DNA of 64,000 nucleotides, from positions 54,472 to 118,471 of IMG/VR virus record IMGVR_UViG_3300007513_000013; one strand, 5' to 3'. How positions within the stretch are numbered: position 1 is the stretch's first letter; the number at the start of each line of letters is the position of its first letter. Below, one piece after another: positions 62,415 through 64,000 of this stretch. Source of the stretch: a virus. The notes beneath the pieces were generated by a model. That model was not told the origin of the DNA. It made no database searches and saw nothing but the letters and a program-made list of their open reading frames with translations. The translations under genes and the position numbers were made by a program.

Positions 62415-64000
62415 ATGCACGACGATATTAAAAAATATTTTAATGAAGAAGACCCTACAATTGTTAATTTGACTGATATCGATTCTCTAGGAAAAGAGGT
62501 CGAATCACTTAATTATCTTAGAGCGTATATCGAACAAAAAGAGCGCTTTGTCCCTCATATAGACTTTTCAGATCCCGCTAATTTTGCTAAATTTGGCTCT
62601 GCAGAACAGTATTATCGCGATGCAATTGAAAGAATTTACAAAACCTATCCATATGATGGCTCATTATATGAGAGAATTGCATGGCACAATAGTTCATCCT
62701 TTTTTGACAATCATGTTTTCGATAAAGAATATCCCAGAACAAACGGTTATATAAAATTCTCAGCCGATCCTGATGTGGCAAATGGTGGCTGGGGCGTTCA
62801 AGGGACAACCTCTAACTTATATTCTAGTAGTTCGGTGGGTGAATATATAATTTTTAAAGGTGGCCCACACCCGAGCAACAGAGGAACAGGCAAAGCACCA
62901 AACGATAAATCTGGTGATTATAAAAGCGGCTACTCAAATATATTTGATCAATCAGAAAACAGAGAATCAAATCTTAAAATTGATGGAAATGATGGAAACA
63001 CTGTTGAGTTCTGGATGAAAAAAGAGGATTTTGAAGCAGGAGGTGCAACCACATCAAAAATGGTGATTTTTGATACGTACGCTGTAAACGGAACAACTAC
63101 CGGAAGCTCTGAATATGGTCGCTTAAGGATCGAAACAGATGCTAGCAAGGATCCATCCACTTCTCCATTTTATGTCACTTATATGTCTGGAAATACGGGA
63201 TTTGACACTTTAAATATTGGCAATTGTACATATGCCGATGTTGCAGACAGCAAATGGCATCATTATGCATTTACTTTTAAGAGCAACGTTGCAGAAAATC
63301 ATTCTATTTTATTTGACGGAGTTGATGATTTTCTTAATGTCGGTCAGCCTAAAAGTTTAAATTTTGATCCGGACAGCGACTTTTTTACTCTTTCGGCGTG
63401 GATAAAAACTACTGCTGAAAATGGCACCATAATTAGCTTAGCAGAAGACGGTACTGCCGCCAATGCGCAATATGAATTATATGTAGCTTCGGGATATCTT
63501 GCCGCTGTAGTTGGCGGCAACGCTAATACGTCTGTTTCTAATTCAACTATTAATGACGGAAATTGGCATCATTGTGTTCTTGTTAGTAACACCGCGGCTC
63601 ATTTGTTATATCTCGATGGTGTACTGCAGACAGACACCGGAGCTTGTGGCAGTACAACTAAATCGGGGATTGATGTGCTTATTGGAGCCAGAAGAAACGG
63701 CGATAATACAACTACAGGCCGCCTTTTTGATGGCAATATTGACGAAGTAACAGTGTGGAGCGCTGCCTTGAATGCTAATCAAGTTGCAGAACTATACAAC
63801 GGAGAGCTTCCGGCCGGACTAGTAAAAGGTCCCATTTTTGCAGATCCCAGAATACACAGTGCAAAAGCAAATCTTGTGCATTATTGGAATATGGGAGAGT
63901 CCATAAAGAAAGGAGAAAATGGAAAAGAATTAAAAGAACTAGTTAGTGGCGTACACAATGCAGTGTTTAACAATTTCTCTTTTGACTCAAAAAGTGGACC
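62415..64000 (+). CDS. Structural protein with LamG/concanavalin-like domains (partial, runs off the right edge)
   Basis: Translated by hand from ATG 62415 with no stop to the window end: DFSDPANFAKFGSAEQYY, TVEFWMK, KWHHYAF, FDGVDD, TLSAWIKT, DGNWHH, FDGNIDEVTVW. Absent from the ORF track because it lacks a stop. Confidence 0.85.
   Translation, partial: MHDDIKKYFNEEDPTIVNLTDIDSLGKEVESLNYLRAYIEQKERFVPHIDFSDPANFAKFGSAEQYYRDAIERIYKTYPYDGSLYERIAWHNSSSFFDNHVFDKEYPRTNGYIKFSADPDVANGGWGVQGTTSNLYSSSSVGEYIIFKGGPHPSNRGTGKAPNDKSGDYKSGYSNIFDQSENRESNLKIDGNDGNTVEFWMKKEDFEAGGATTSKMVIFDTYAVNGTTTGSSEYGRLRIETDASKDPSTSPFYVTYMSGNTGFDTLNIGNCTYADVADSKWHHYAFTFKSNVAENHSILFDGVDDFLNVGQPKSLNFDPDSDFFTLSAWIKTTAENGTIISLAEDGTAANAQYELYVASGYLAAVVGGNANTSVSNSTINDGNWHHCVLVSNTAAHLLYLDGVLQTDTGACGSTTKSGIDVLIGARRNGDNTTTGRLFDGNIDEVTVWSAALNANQVAELYNGELPAGLVKGPIFADPRIHSAKANLVHYWNMGESIKKGENGKELKELVSGVHNAVFNNFSFDSKSG

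Noticed and set aside
118-63750. Numerous short minus-strand and alternate-frame ORFs in the track (e.g. 3256-3651, 12583-13329, 25776-region + strand ORFs, 50018-50953)
   Set aside because: They are shadows of longer, motif-bearing genes, with no SD, motifs or intergenic space of their own.
1-64000. Stop-codon reassignment (alternative genetic code), as in some huge phages
   Set aside because: Code 11 already gives very dense coding with ORFs up to 2979 aa, and TAA, TAG and TGA all end well-delimited genes.
1-64000. tRNA genes, introns or inteins
   Set aside because: The only T-arm (GGTTCGACTCC) found belongs to the tmRNA; no intein-type C...HN boundaries or split conserved genes were noticed by eye.

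Overview
This window is a segment of a large lytic myovirus-type (T4-related jumbo/huge) bacteriophage genome. It is AT-rich, uses standard code 11, and every convincing gene but one lies on the + strand. It divides into five blocks. (1) 1-21.5 kb: putative internal virion (cargo) proteins. They are long and modular, punctuated by a recurring helical 'I/L-x-E(E)...L-L-x-E' motif. Embedded domains include a HAD nucleotidase, zincin HExxH modules, a beta-lactamase/PBP fold, a MepA-type murein endopeptidase, an RNA-ligase-like nucleotidyltransferase and an HxGH nucleotidyltransferase. A sigma70-promoter island coding a Cys-repeat/vWA lipoprotein interrupts this block. (2) 21.5-30.3 kb: Fis-like HTH, tmRNA (tag ANDNVEFEYALAA), tubulin/FtsZ-family protein, peptide deformylase, archaeal-type GAPDH, trypsin-like lipoprotein, PIN-PhoH and a PD-(D/E)xK nuclease. 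(3) 30.3-44.4 kb: a 14-gene glycan synthesis/decoration cluster that also contains NadE. (4) 44.4-46.2 kb: small genes and a gp55-like sigma factor. (5) 46.2-64 kb: baseplate region with gp5-like pieces, a 2979-aa orphan, gp25, gp6 and a partial LamG protein. A CTA[N]TTA motif recurs just upstream of many starts and is a candidate late promoter. The tmRNA tag and lipoprotein repeats hint at a Myxococcota-like host. All family assignments come from motif recognition by eye; no database search was run.
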